Below are positions 1-9,874 of a stretch of DNA of 64,000 nt, in pieces. The stretch's first letter is position 1. Each line of letters starts with the position of its first letter. The notes under the pieces are model-generated. The model ran no database searches. It was not told the DNA's origin and saw only the letters and a list, made by a program, of their open reading frames with translations. The DNA comes from Leptospiraceae bacterium (GTDB lineage: Bacteria > Spirochaetota > Leptospiria > Leptospirales > Leptonemataceae): positions 480,001 to 544,000 of the forward strand of contig JAVJNR010000003.1 of the NCBI GenBank assembly GCA_040217195.1. Reading direction: 5' to 3'. A program made the position numbers and the translations under genes.

Positions 1-346
1 CCTCATAAACGACCCAGACAAAGATAGCAAGGATCACCAGGGCGATGGGCAGTCCGGACGGTGCAATTGTGATGTGATGCAGTACAATACCAGCCAGCAC
101 CGGAAATAGTATAACGGCCCCCAGCGCTCTGAGTTTTGGCACCATTAGAAGAGCACCACCTACAATCTCAGCCACTGCCAGTAAGGGCATGAGCCAAACA
201 ATTTGCTTCATTGCATTCATCGCCTGCAATACATCTTCGGGCAGGTCCGTGGGCTCCGGGATATACCCAAGAAATTTATTCAAGCCCCCGTTAATGAACA
301 GCAGCCCCACCAGAATGCATAAACCTGTTAAGATCTTCTTCTTCAT
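1..346 (-). CDS. DoxX family membrane protein (3' end runs off the window)
   Basis: Not in ORF track. Read manually from ATG at 346 after SD AAGGAG: MKKKILTGLCILVGLLFINGGLNKF...AEIVGGALL...ALGAVILFPVLAGIVLHH, a DoxX-like four-TM pattern. Confidence 0.75.
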   Translation of the reverse strand, partial: MKKKILTGLCILVGLLFINGGLNKFLGYIPEPTDLPEDVLQAMNAMKQIVWLMPLLAVAEIVGGALLMVPKLRALGAVILFPVLAGIVLHHITIAPSGLPIALVILAIFVWVVYE

Positions 347-358
347 AAAGTCTCCTTT

Positions 359-757
359 CTATTCTGATTCAAATTTTCGTTCCACCGGTCTTAAATACCA
401 GGATATCACTGTGAGAATAAGCAAGAAACTGGCAGGAACCAGTTCACTCCAGGCATGGTCCGAAGCAACGTGCGAATACAATGCTCCAGTCAAAAGGAAA
501 AAAATACCCGCATAGGCCCATTCCTTAATAAGTGGACTTCGCGGAGCAAGGATTGCCACAGTACCCAGTAACTTCCATACTCCCAATATCGTTAAGAAAT
601 AGACCGGGTATCCCAGCTTCACAATGCCCCATAAAAAGGGCGGCGCCAGTGCACCCTCCACTTCCATATGGAGCAATTCTTGAATTCCCGAAGCAAGCAT
701 TCCCGAGGCGACGACGAGAGTAGCTATCCAGTATACGATCTTCCGTATTTTACTCAT
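359..757 (-). CDS. DoxX-like family membrane protein
   Basis: LGYPVYFLTILGVWKLLG...KEWAYAG motif typical of DoxX-like proteins. Confidence 0.85.
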   Translation of the reverse strand: MSKIRKIVYWIATLVVASGMLASGIQELLHMEVEGALAPPFLWGIVKLGYPVYFLTILGVWKLLGTVAILAPRSPLIKEWAYAGIFFLLTGALYSHVASDHAWSELVPASFLLILTVISWYLRPVERKFESE

Positions 758-797
758 ATCTTTTCACTTTCCTTTATTCTTCTACTGAATACCTCCT

Positions 798-1409
798 CTA
801 TTCGATAAAGGAGCCTGTTTGAACAGCCCCGGCACGATCATAACTGGCAATGATCACTCCTCGAGGTGACACTGTGCTGCTGGTAAGGGTGAACTTGGTT
901 GAAGCGATGCCATCAGCAAACAGACGCTTTCCCTGGCCAAGGATGATGGGAAAAATCTTCAGCCATAATCGGTCTACCAGATCATGCTTCAACAATGTCT
1001 GTACCAGGTTGCCACTGCCCCAGAGATGTAGATCCGGGCCGTCGTCGCTTTTTAGTTTCTCAATTCTTTCTGCGACGTTACCACCAAGCAGCACAGAGTT
1101 TTGCCATTCAAGCTCCAGCGCAGGATTCTCCGATGCAACAAACTTTCTTACTTCGTTGATGCCCGGCCAACTATCGGCGTTCTGCGGCCAATAACTGGCA
1201 AAGATCTCATACGTCCTTCTGCCTAGAAGGAGCTCACATTGCTGCAACGACATCTGATCTTCCATGGCCGCCTCAAGAGTCTCTTCACCAAAATAGGGAA
1301 CAACCCATCCGCCATATTTGAATTCGCCGGACGTATCTTCGTCCGGGCCCCCCGGGGCCTGAATGATACCGTCCAGGGAAATAAATTCTATTACAGTCAG
1401 TTTTCGCAT
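798..1409 (-). CDS. Dihydrofolate reductase-like (RibD C-terminal domain) protein
   Basis: FISLDG, LLLGRRTYE, GSGNLVQTL and PIILGQGKRLF motifs. Confidence 0.9.
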   Translation of the reverse strand: MRKLTVIEFISLDGIIQAPGGPDEDTSGEFKYGGWVVPYFGEETLEAAMEDQMSLQQCELLLGRRTYEIFASYWPQNADSWPGINEVRKFVASENPALELEWQNSVLLGGNVAERIEKLKSDDGPDLHLWGSGNLVQTLLKHDLVDRLWLKIFPIILGQGKRLFADGIASTKFTLTSSTVSPRGVIIASYDRAGAVQTGSFIE

Positions 1410-1486
1410 AGGCCCTCATCAAGATAAACTTCTACAGAAGCCATGGTGTGTTCTGCCTGGTTTTCTATCGCAGCCACTCCGTTATA

Positions 1487-2059
1487 TCAGGCATTGACAA
1501 TGTTCTGGATGTCTTCTGTGAGCTCAGTCAGGCCCCGCCCAAAGGCATGCTCATCCCCCTGTATCCTGCGCATGATTGCATGCGATAGTGCAGAAACATA
1601 GAGACTTGAATGATCAAAAGGTACGATAGGATCGTCCAGGCTGTGGTACAGATATACATTAGGTATCTCTGGTAACCGGGCCCCAAAGTCCTCTACAAGC
1701 TTGAACTCTTCAACGTCCCAGTCTTTTACGCCCCAGAAGGGCGAAGCAATCAGAAAGAGGCCACCCGGGGCCGTGCCAGGTCGGGATTCAGACAGGTACT
1801 TCAATAGCATGGAGCCACCAAGGGAATGACCGACCAGAAAGCTACCGGCCGGCAATTCAGGGAAAGCCTGGTCGAACAGGGACTTCCAGGCCGAATAGGT
1901 AGGTGCAGCGGGATTCGATATCGTAGAATAGTCCACTTCGAAGTCCGGCCCCAGTGTGGTCCGCAACCAGTGGACCAGATCGTAGCTTCCTTCACCGGGA
2001 CCTCCCTGAGCTCCTCCGCTATGCGCAAACAGGATTTTTCTTTTTTGTTCTTCTGGCAT
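1487..2059 (-). CDS. Alpha/beta hydrolase (RBBP9/YdeN-like)
   Basis: GHSLGG nucleophile elbow, HSLDDPIVP acid residue, C-terminal His. Confidence 0.85.
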   Translation of the reverse strand: MPEEQKRKILFAHSGGAQGGPGEGSYDLVHWLRTTLGPDFEVDYSTISNPAAPTYSAWKSLFDQAFPELPAGSFLVGHSLGGSMLLKYLSESRPGTAPGGLFLIASPFWGVKDWDVEEFKLVEDFGARLPEIPNVYLYHSLDDPIVPFDHSSLYVSALSHAIMRRIQGDEHAFGRGLTELTEDIQNIVNA

Positions 2060-2060
2060 T

Positions 2061-2456
2061 TTATATTACATCTTCGCTAATTCTGAGGCAATATGTTGTG
2101 ATATTCTTTATAACGGAATTCTTGCCTGCACCGCTAAATTCATAGACGTCGCAGAAACCATACTCTGCCCCATCTTTCAGTTTCGTTGTGCCATTTAAAG
2201 AAGCGGATTTTCCGTGAGTGATGATTTGATCGATGGTTAGCGTAGAAGTCGGAGAATCTTTCAAAGTCTCCAGATGCCGGGACACTGCCTGCAACCCGCT
2301 CAATTTTTTGTGCCCCAGAATATTCCAGTTAATGTCTTCAGAAAGCATTTCAAGAATAGCTTTTGTATCGCATCTAGCAAAAGCTATCTGCAAATCCTTC
2401 AGCTGTTGTTTACGTGGTGCGTTCTGACAATCTTCATTGCAAATAATCCTGGCCAT
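2061..2456 (-). CDS. SnoaL/NTF2-like protein
   Basis: AFARCD...LSEDINWNILG...IITHGKSASLNG...FCDVYEF. Start taken at ATG 2456 after GGAG. Confidence 0.75.
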   Translation of the reverse strand: MARIICNEDCQNAPRKQQLKDLQIAFARCDTKAILEMLSEDINWNILGHKKLSGLQAVSRHLETLKDSPTSTLTIDQIITHGKSASLNGTTKLKDGAEYGFCDVYEFSGAGKNSVIKNITTYCLRISEDVI

Positions 2457-2496
2457 TTCGTAATTCTCCCGTGTGCCCTTACTCGGCACGGTTTTG

Positions 2497-3432
2497 TCAG
2501 CTCTTTCCGGAACCCTGGAAGGCCTCATTCAGTCTGGAAATGTCAATTTTTTTCATCGTAAAAAGAAGCTCCAATGCTCGGTCAGCTTTTTCCCTATCAT
2601 CCGAACTCAGCATCTGCAACGCCTCATCTGGAACAATTTGCCAGGATACTCCGTACCTGTCTTTTAGCCAGCCGCACATACTTTCGCTGCCTTCCTTTGT
2701 GAATTCGCTCCAGAAGCGATCCACTTCACTCTGTCCCTCGCAGTGAATCAGAAAGGAGATTGCCTCATTGAATGTAAAATTGTGTTTCTGGGCGCTTTCC
2801 ATGATCGCAAACGCCTGACCTTCCAGGGTAAGATCTCCATAGGCAACCCTTCCCTCTTCATCCGGTGCTTGCCCGGGCCCGTAGCGAAAAATCTCGCCAG
2901 TCTGTGAATTCTCGAATAGAGATACATAATAGCGCATGGCCTCTTCAGCATGGCCATAGTTATCATTCACAAACATCAGCGAAGGTACTATTTTCGGCTC
3001 CGGTATGTAGTCTGCGTAGATCAGCTGCCAGGACAGACCGTACCTGTCCTCGATCCACCCGTATCGATCGCTGAAAGGATAGGAATCCAGTGGCATAAGG
3101 GCCCGGCCACCTTCCGCCAGTCTATTCCAGTGGAGGTCCACATCTGCTCTGTCAGGAAAATTCACGATAAAGGAAACCGAAGGATTGAACTGAAATATGG
3201 GCCCACCGTTGAGGCCCAGGAACTTATGCCCTCCCAGTAACTCAAACTCCACGGTCATTACCTGCCCGGACGGCTGGCCATGTATTTCATGACCTACCTC
3301 CGAGTAGCGGGAAATGGATCCCACCATCGAATCTGCAAACACCGATGAATAGAACCGGGCCGCCTGCTCGGCCTCTTTGTCGAACCATAGATGTGGCACT
3401 ATTTTCTGCATTCGATCCTCCCCGGTTTTCAT
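2497..3432 (-). CDS. Two-domain VOC/PhnB-like (3-demethylubiquinone-9 3-methyltransferase family) protein
   Basis: KIVPHLWF...AEQAARFY, YGWIEDRYGLSWQL and a second CGWLKDRYGVSWQI. Confidence 0.9.
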   Translation of the reverse strand: MKTGEDRMQKIVPHLWFDKEAEQAARFYSSVFADSMVGSISRYSEVGHEIHGQPSGQVMTVEFELLGGHKFLGLNGGPIFQFNPSVSFIVNFPDRADVDLHWNRLAEGGRALMPLDSYPFSDRYGWIEDRYGLSWQLIYADYIPEPKIVPSLMFVNDNYGHAEEAMRYYVSLFENSQTGEIFRYGPGQAPDEEGRVAYGDLTLEGQAFAIMESAQKHNFTFNEAISFLIHCEGQSEVDRFWSEFTKEGSESMCGWLKDRYGVSWQIVPDEALQMLSSDDREKADRALELLFTMKKIDISRLNEAFQGSGKS

Positions 3433-3440
3433 GATTCAAC

Positions 3441-3456
3441 TGTACCATCTAGTACA
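3441..3456. promoter_or_regulatory. Candidate TetR operator TGTAC-N6-GTACA
   Basis: Palindrome tgtaccatctagtaca just upstream of the VOC gene, in the region shared with the divergent TetR gene. Confidence 0.45.
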
Positions 3457-3663
3457 TAGAGATATTCATACTACTTCTTAAACAGAAATTATGCAGCTGA
3501 TTGCGAATCTTTGTCCAAATAGCGCATTGCTGAGAAAAGGTCTTCCTGTGTTTTCCCCTGAGCGAATGCAGAAGCGATTTGCGAGCAGAACATTCTTTTT
3601 CTTTTCTGGAACTTACCTTAAATTACGAATATACGGGTCGTTCAGGCCTGCACATTTGATCTT

Positions 3664-4260
3664 ATGAGCCCGGCAACAGACAGCCGAACACGAATGATTG
3701 AAGGAGCTCTGGATCTGTTTCACAGGCAGGGCGTCAATGCAACCAGTGTTGATCAAATTCTGGCTGCCTCAAATACGGGCAAAAGCCAGTTCTCCTATTA
3801 TTTCAAAAATAAAGACGGCCTCATTCTTGCTGTACTGCAATATCTACATGAATTAATCCGCTCGGGGCAGACGCCTACCGGCTATGATATAAACACATGG
3901 GATGAATTTGATCATTGGTTTCAGCAATACATCGATTTTCAGCGATCGGTGGACTTTCAAAGATCCTGTCCGCTGGGAACCATCGGAACTGATATTCCAG
4001 AAGGAAAGGAGCTCTTGCGTCAGGAGGTCCAGAGTTTTCTGGAATGGAGTCGAGGTCGCCTTTCGCGCTTCTTTGCTGAAAGAAAGGCAGCCGATGAGAT
4101 GGTACCAGGCGTTGACCCGGACTCACTTGCCGATTTTTGCATTTCTATCATGCATGGAGGTATGCTACTTACTAAAATGAAACGTTCTTCGGATATGTTC
4201 GAGCATGCAGCCTTTGAAGCTCTAAACTATATTCGCAGTCTTAGAAAAACCAGAGTCTGA
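3664..4260 (+). CDS. TetR/AcrR family regulator (NemR/LmrA-like)
   Basis: N-terminal HTH (LFHRQGVNATSVDQI...FSYYFKNKD) and SCPLG motif in the ligand domain. Confidence 0.9.
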   Translation: MSPATDSRTRMIEGALDLFHRQGVNATSVDQILAASNTGKSQFSYYFKNKDGLILAVLQYLHELIRSGQTPTGYDINTWDEFDHWFQQYIDFQRSVDFQRSCPLGTIGTDIPEGKELLRQEVQSFLEWSRGRLSRFFAERKAADEMVPGVDPDSLADFCISIMHGGMLLTKMKRSSDMFEHAAFEALNYIRSLRKTRV

Positions 4261-4488
4261 TGTCACCCGGACTCTTTTCGCAGAAGTAGAATTCATATCT
4301 ATACCCTCTACCATGATCCGCTTTCGACTCTGGTATCACATGGTGGCAGGCAAAAGCCAATAATCTCAAATTAGTTGCGTCAGCAAGTCTAAAGGGTTTC
4401 TACGACAGAACTCCGACCCTGTGCGAATTTGATGTTCTTCTTTTTGCTGCCAGCGAAACGACTTCTAGTCATCTGACCTACGGTTTGC

Positions 4489-5445
4489 TCAGGACTTTTC
4501 ATCGTAACCGCAAATCTCATTTCTATACACTCTGGATTGATTCTGCCAGTCAGACCACCATTCCATGCTATCCGATTCCACGGTATCGATTAGTTCATCC
4601 AGACCTGTGCGAAAATCCCGAAGAGACTCCAGAATGTATTTTCGATTGGTATGCAAAATATCCTTCCACATCTCCGGATTCGACCCGGCAATCCTCAGCA
4701 TATCCCGCAGTCCGCCCCCGGTTATAGGGATAGGAGAATTAGAGTTAATTCTCCGAACCTCCGAGCGATTCGCAGTTACAGTAGCCAGTAAACTGGAGAC
4801 TAGATGAGGTGCATGACTTAGATAGGCAAGTACCAGATCATGATCCCTTTCATTCAGCTCAGACGCACGACAACCCAGAGATGTCCAGAACTGGTTGAGA
4901 GCCTGGAATGCCTGCTGCGGCGGATGCGGTCTCATAGTGGAACGAATCAGAATCACCAGGCGATCTTCAAATAGGGTATCTCTGTAAGCGGATGGACCAG
5001 CATCGGCAGAACCGCACATTGGATGGGACCCAATAAATGGCAGTTCAGGATAGGAAGAAACCAACTCTTCCAGATAGGTCCTGGTTGAACTCATATCGGT
5101 AATGAGTGGCAATCCGGAGAAATAAATGCTCTGCGGATCGTTGGACTTTAAATCCGGGGTGGCGCTTTTGTAAATACTGGAGAAAGATTTAAGAAGTTCT
5201 GCATTGGCAGAGATGGGCATACCCAGAACGATTAGATCATATTGCTTTATATCCAGAGAGGTTTGCGTTTCTTCGGAAAGCAAAATTGCATCCGCAAGGT
5301 TGTTGGATGAGATCCAGTCCCTGCTTTTGAGGCTTCTTACCACTCCGGTAATATTGGGAGGATTGGATTGCTTTCGCAAAGCGGCGGACAGGGAAGCTCC
5401 CATCATACCCATGCCGTAGATCAATATGGAGCGAAATGGTTGCAG
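4489..5445 (-). CDS. tyrA: Prephenate dehydrogenase
   Basis: GMGMMGASL Rossmann motif, HPMCGS, HD...SHAPH, GLRDMLRIA. Start uncertain (TTG 5424 or CTG 5445). Confidence 0.9.
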   Translation of the reverse strand: MQPFRSILIYGMGMMGASLSAALRKQSNPPNITGVVRSLKSRDWISSNNLADAILLSEETQTSLDIKQYDLIVLGMPISANAELLKSFSSIYKSATPDLKSNDPQSIYFSGLPLITDMSSTRTYLEELVSSYPELPFIGSHPMCGSADAGPSAYRDTLFEDRLVILIRSTMRPHPPQQAFQALNQFWTSLGCRASELNERDHDLVLAYLSHAPHLVSSLLATVTANRSEVRRINSNSPIPITGGGLRDMLRIAGSNPEMWKDILHTNRKYILESLRDFRTGLDELIDTVESDSMEWWSDWQNQSRVYRNEICGYDEKS

Positions 5446-5446
5446 A

Positions 5447-6604
5447 TCAATCCACCTGTCCCCGGGGATAAGATCCCAGGACTTTTAGAAAAGATGTGCT
5501 CTTTTCCAGATCTACCAGAATGCTTTTGACCGGCTCCTGATCTCTATGTCCCTCAAGATCAATAAAGAAATTGTATTCACCGTAGTTCTTTCTTGTAGCT
5601 CTGGACTCAATTCTCGTCAGGTTGATGTTTGCATCATAGAATGGCTTCAGTACGCGAAATAGGCCACCTGGCTCATCTCTAAAACTAAGCACAATGCTTG
5701 TACGATCTTTCTTTCCGGCAGGACATTGTTCATGACCTATGATCCAGAAACGAGTTATGTTATCTGAACTGTCCTGAATATCTCTGCTAAGAATCTTTAA
5801 TCCGTATATCTCGCTGGCCAGCTCCGATGCGATGGCCACACCATCCTTCTTTTCCGAGACTAGTTGGGCTGCCCGGGCTGTAGATGAGGTTTCTACAATT
5901 TGGATTTCATGCATGGGCAGGTTTTTCTGAGCCCATTGCTTGCATTGTTCCAGGCCAATGGGGATGGTATAGATCGTTCGAATAGAACTGAGAGGCACAG
6001 ATTCAATGGCCATTAAATGGTGCCGCACTCGCACAAATTGCTCGGCATAGATCTGCAGGCTGGAATCCAGAAAACAGTCCATGGTTATGCCCACGGAACC
6101 GGCTGCCGTATTATCTGCAGGAACCACACCGTAACTTGCTTCCTTCACGTTGGCCACGCTGCGAAAGATCTCTGGAATGGTATCCATGGGCATTCCACGA
6201 ACCGAGTTTCCGAATCGGTATCTGGTAGCCATGTGCGAAAAACTTCCTGGAGGACCAAGGTAGCCTACGGAGGGACCGCCTTCCAGAGCTATGGAGCCAG
6301 ACATGATTTCTCGGTAAATATTGCGAAAGGTTGAATCCGGAAGTTCTGGTAATGTTTCCCCCTGCCACTCCTTCCGAATCTTCTTTGCATACTGAACTAT
6401 GTTCTCGTAGACTCCCTGCTCCCGATCCGGTCTGTACACCGGTTCATTCTTTCGGCGCTTAACTTCGCCAATATGGGAGGCCGCCTGGGCGCGACGAAGG
6501 AGCAGTTCAACGATTTGCCAGTCCAGCTCATCGATCTGCTTTCTGTAGGGAGCAAGATCATCCATAGACCGGGGCAGGGTTTTTCGGTTATTCGATTTCG
6601 TCAA
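5447..6604 (-). CDS. pheA: Chorismate mutase/prephenate dehydratase (P-protein)
   Basis: RKQIDELD...RPDRE chorismate mutase domain, YLGPPGSFS, DNITRF, ACT domain NLTRIESR. Confidence 0.95.
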   Translation of the reverse strand: MTKSNNRKTLPRSMDDLAPYRKQIDELDWQIVELLLRRAQAASHIGEVKRRKNEPVYRPDREQGVYENIVQYAKKIRKEWQGETLPELPDSTFRNIYREIMSGSIALEGGPSVGYLGPPGSFSHMATRYRFGNSVRGMPMDTIPEIFRSVANVKEASYGVVPADNTAAGSVGITMDCFLDSSLQIYAEQFVRVRHHLMAIESVPLSSIRTIYTIPIGLEQCKQWAQKNLPMHEIQIVETSSTARAAQLVSEKKDGVAIASELASEIYGLKILSRDIQDSSDNITRFWIIGHEQCPAGKKDRTSIVLSFRDEPGGLFRVLKPFYDANINLTRIESRATRKNYGEYNFFIDLEGHRDQEPVKSILVDLEKSTSFLKVLGSYPRGQVD

Positions 6605-7295
6605 ACGGAAGCTCTTTTACGTCCTGTAAAGGAGGAAGCTCCGAAAGCGAATTCAGCGCAAAATGGGACAGAAATTGCCTGGTAGTAACATAAAGTGTAG
6701 GTCTGCCGGGAACAGGTCTGTATCCCTGGGGCTTGATTAACTTTTTCTGAAGTAACGTAGCAACCATTTGTCGACTGTTTACTCCGCGAACCTCTTCTAT
6801 TTCGGGCAGGGTTATGGGTTGCCGGTAGCAAATAATGGATAGAGCTTCCATAACGGACCGGGACAGTTTCTCTGTTCTGGGACCACCCAGAATCCCTTTG
6901 ATCTGATCGCCATACCGATCGGAAGTAACAAATTGATAGCCGCCGCTGATTTCTCTAAGCAGAATTCCGCCGTCTCGCTCCGCGTAGTCATCCATAAGCG
7001 AATCTACAAGAATTCGAGTATTTACACGGTCCAGATTACACTGCCGGGCCAGCACAGACAGGGACTGAGGCTCAGAGGATACAAATAGTACTGCTTCCAT
7101 GAGTCCACGGAATTCATCCATTTCTTCACGGCTGAGCTCCCTGTATTCAGGCAGGCCAGCTTCATTGGAAGCCTTAACAGGCACATCCACCGAATCCTCG
7201 ATTTCGTGCTGTTCTGATGGAAGAGCACCATCCATAGTATCAAGATCGTCCCGGGAGCTCTCAATTTCCAGCGTATCTTTCTTTTTCTTTGCCAT
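6588..7295 (-). CDS. scpB: SMC-Scp complex subunit ScpB
   Basis: EAVLF, LSRSVMEALSIICYRQPIT..EIEEVRGV, PGRPTLYVTT..FL..F.L.SL.ELP. Confidence 0.95.
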   Translation of the reverse strand: MAKKKKDTLEIESSRDDLDTMDGALPSEQHEIEDSVDVPVKASNEAGLPEYRELSREEMDEFRGLMEAVLFVSSEPQSLSVLARQCNLDRVNTRILVDSLMDDYAERDGGILLREISGGYQFVTSDRYGDQIKGILGGPRTEKLSRSVMEALSIICYRQPITLPEIEEVRGVNSRQMVATLLQKKLIKPQGYRPVPGRPTLYVTTRQFLSHFALNSLSELPPLQDVKELPFDEIE

Positions 7296-7372
7296 AGCCA
7301 GAGGGATTATGTCGCGCCTGCGGGTTGTACAGCAAGCGGTTTTTTAGCGACATATTCTCTTTGTGGTCAGTT

Positions 7373-8353
7373 TCAGGAAACGGTGGCTGCCCGTTTGAAG
7401 ATCATGATTGGACCAAAAATACCGTCTTGCTGAAGGATAATCTCGGCCAGGCGGGTCAGCTCCAGGAGTGCCAGAAAAGTGGCAATTACCTCTCCCTTAC
7501 GCATGGATTCAATATTTTCAAACAAATCTTCGAATACAAATGATATGGCACTGTCCAGCAAACCGCGAATTTCATCCATTTTGGCTTCCACGGACCATTC
7601 TTCACCGGTGACTTCATAACCCTCTTCTTCTGGTTCGGGCTCCATCCGTTTCAGGACTTTCTGATAGGCCCGAATTAGATCCACCAGGCTCACTTCCAGC
7701 ATCCGTTCCGCATCGTCCGTCTCTATGGGCGGACTTTCTGGACGACCAAAGATACCACCTGAGATTTCATCCATCTCACGTAACGTCTCGGAGGCCATCT
7801 GGAACCGCCGATACTCCAGAAGCTGCTGAATCAGTTCCGGCGGAAGTCGCGAATCCGTTTCTGTATCCTCGAAGCCTGGATCCGGCAACAGGGCCTTGCT
7901 TTTGTAATAAATAAGCCTGGCCGCCATTACTGTGAATGATGATGCCAGAGAGATGCGAAGGTCTTTAGCACCATGCATGAAGGATAGGAAGTCTTCTGTG
8001 ATATGATGAATAGAGATTTCGAAGATGTCGATTCGGTAGCTTTCTATAAGCTTCCAGAGAACCGACAGTGGTCCCTCTTCATCGCCATCGGGACCGGTCC
8101 ATTGAACCAGGAATTCTCCCAGATCTTCCTTTTCCGGATCATCGGAATCTTCGGATTCCTGGATTTCTTCGCTTTGCTGCTGGTCGGGATTTTGAACAGA
8201 ATCGGCTGAACTCTGTTCAGTTGAATAGGAGGACGATACGGCAGTACCGGTTGGCTCTGTGGCATCCTCTTTAGAAGATCCGTCTGATGATGGACCTGGA
8301 TCTTCATTCTCAGGATGTTTCTGGGAAGTACGTGGTTCCTCCTCCTGACTCAC
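7373..8353 (-). CDS. scpA: Segregation/condensation protein ScpA, with acidic N-terminal extension
   Basis: EGPL..L..LI...IDIFEI, FTVMAARLIYYKSKALLP, TFLALLEL. Confidence 0.93.
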   Translation of the reverse strand: MSQEEEPRTSQKHPENEDPGPSSDGSSKEDATEPTGTAVSSSYSTEQSSADSVQNPDQQQSEEIQESEDSDDPEKEDLGEFLVQWTGPDGDEEGPLSVLWKLIESYRIDIFEISIHHITEDFLSFMHGAKDLRISLASSFTVMAARLIYYKSKALLPDPGFEDTETDSRLPPELIQQLLEYRRFQMASETLREMDEISGGIFGRPESPPIETDDAERMLEVSLVDLIRAYQKVLKRMEPEPEEEGYEVTGEEWSVEAKMDEIRGLLDSAISFVFEDLFENIESMRKGEVIATFLALLELTRLAEIILQQDGIFGPIMIFKRAATVS

Positions 8354-8381
8354 AGTAATTCAGACTCCCGGCAAGGGACGA

Positions 8382-8741
8382 TTATGACAGAGCCTTTTGC
8401 GCCGCTTGCTGCAGCCGCTCGGGTGGGAAAGGCTTTACTACAAAATCTTTCACGCCCATCTTGATGGCGCGAGCCAGAAGGTCTTCCTGTCCAAGAGCAG
8501 TTACCATAATGATTCGGGCTGCCGGGTCCGCTTTCAGAATTTCAGAGGCTGCTTCCAGTCCATCCTTCTCTCGCATGGTAATATCCATGGTCACCAGATC
8601 CGGTTTCATTTCCCCGTACATTTGAACCGCCTGGTTTCCGTTCTCTGCTTCTCCAACAATTTCATGTCCGGAAGCCGTGAGAGCGTCTTTAACCAGAGTT
8701 CTCATAAATTTAGCATCATCAACGATCAATATGCGCGCCAT
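8382..8741 (-). CDS. cheY: Chemotaxis response regulator CheY
   Basis: Single REC domain (IVDD, TMDITM, VKPF) inside the che operon. Confidence 0.92.
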   Translation of the reverse strand: MARILIVDDAKFMRTLVKDALTASGHEIVGEAENGNQAVQMYGEMKPDLVTMDITMREKDGLEAASEILKADPAARIIMVTALGQEDLLARAIKMGVKDFVVKPFPPERLQQAAQKALS

Positions 8742-8811
8742 TTTTTACCCACTGCAGCAATGATTTTGTAGTCTCGCTTTATTTACCCTTCTCTGTAAAG
8801 AGAAATATGGA

Positions 8812-9867
8812 TTAGACTCTTTGCCCTTCCAATCGACCGGCCAATTCGGCCATACGATTGCCCAGTTTTTCCAGTTCCAGAACCTCATCCACCGCTCCGG
8901 CTTCAATGGCTCTTCGATTCATTCCAAATACTATGCTGGAGGCCTCATCCTGTGCCAGCACCACTCCGCCTTTGTCATGCAATCGGACCAGTGCTTCCAC
9001 TCCATCCTTGCCCATACCCGTCATAATTACAGCCAGAATTTCGCCTCCCAGAAGCTCGATGCCTTTGTGTAACGAGAAGTCCACCGACGGACGATGGGCA
9101 TTGTGGGCCGGACTCTCTGCATCAATATGCAAGCTAATCCCTTCCCCTTTTCTCCTAAAATCCAGATGTTTCCCGCCAGGAGCCACGTAGGCCTGCCCTG
9201 GCTGCATTACCATTCCCTCTTCGGCCTCAAAAACCTGCAGTCCACTCACCCGGTCCAATCTCTGTGCGAAAGCTGCGGTGAAGATTGGAGGCATATGTTG
9301 AACCACTACCACTGGCAGAGGAAAGCTGGCCGGAATCTGCGAAAATACGGTCTGCAGAGACTGCGGTCCTCCGGTGGATGCACCGATGAATGCCATCTTG
9401 AACTGATGCTTTCCGGCCTGTAACCTGGGGCCCAGAGGCTGATTGGAGCGAACTCTCCGGTCCCTCAGGGATTGAACCAGGCCTGCTACCTTTTGTTCTA
9501 TCTGAAATTCTAGATCCTGCAATCTGATTCCGGTATCTCCGGCTGGCTTGGGAACAAATTCCATGGCCCCTGCTTCCAGAGCTTTCATTGTTATATCGGC
9601 GCCGGTCTGCGTCAGAGAGGAAAGCATCATGACTGGCGTTTTGTTTCCAAGCTTCTTCTTTTCAGATAGTAACGTCAGCCCGTCCATGACCGGCATTTCG
9701 ATGTCCAGAATCATTAGATCTGGCTCAAGCTGCTTCATTAGTTCCAGACCCACCTGACCGTTTCGCGCTTCGCCGGCCACTTCTACATCCGGTATTCTGC
9801 GAAGCACATCTCCAACGATCTGGCGAACCAGCATGGAGTCATCGATTATCAGGACTCGAAAACTCAT
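8812..9867 (-). CDS. cheB: Chemotaxis methylesterase CheB
   Basis: REC domain plus GASTGGP, QHMP, RPSVD, TGMGKDG. Start taken at MSFRVLIIDD (9867). Confidence 0.96.
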   Translation of the reverse strand: MSFRVLIIDDSMLVRQIVGDVLRRIPDVEVAGEARNGQVGLELMKQLEPDLMILDIEMPVMDGLTLLSEKKKLGNKTPVMMLSSLTQTGADITMKALEAGAMEFVPKPAGDTGIRLQDLEFQIEQKVAGLVQSLRDRRVRSNQPLGPRLQAGKHQFKMAFIGASTGGPQSLQTVFSQIPASFPLPVVVVQHMPPIFTAAFAQRLDRVSGLQVFEAEEGMVMQPGQAYVAPGGKHLDFRRKGEGISLHIDAESPAHNAHRPSVDFSLHKGIELLGGEILAVIMTGMGKDGVEALVRLHDKGGVVLAQDEASSIVFGMNRRAIEAGAVDEVLELEKLGNRMAELAGRLEGQRV

Positions 9868-9874
9868 GGATATC

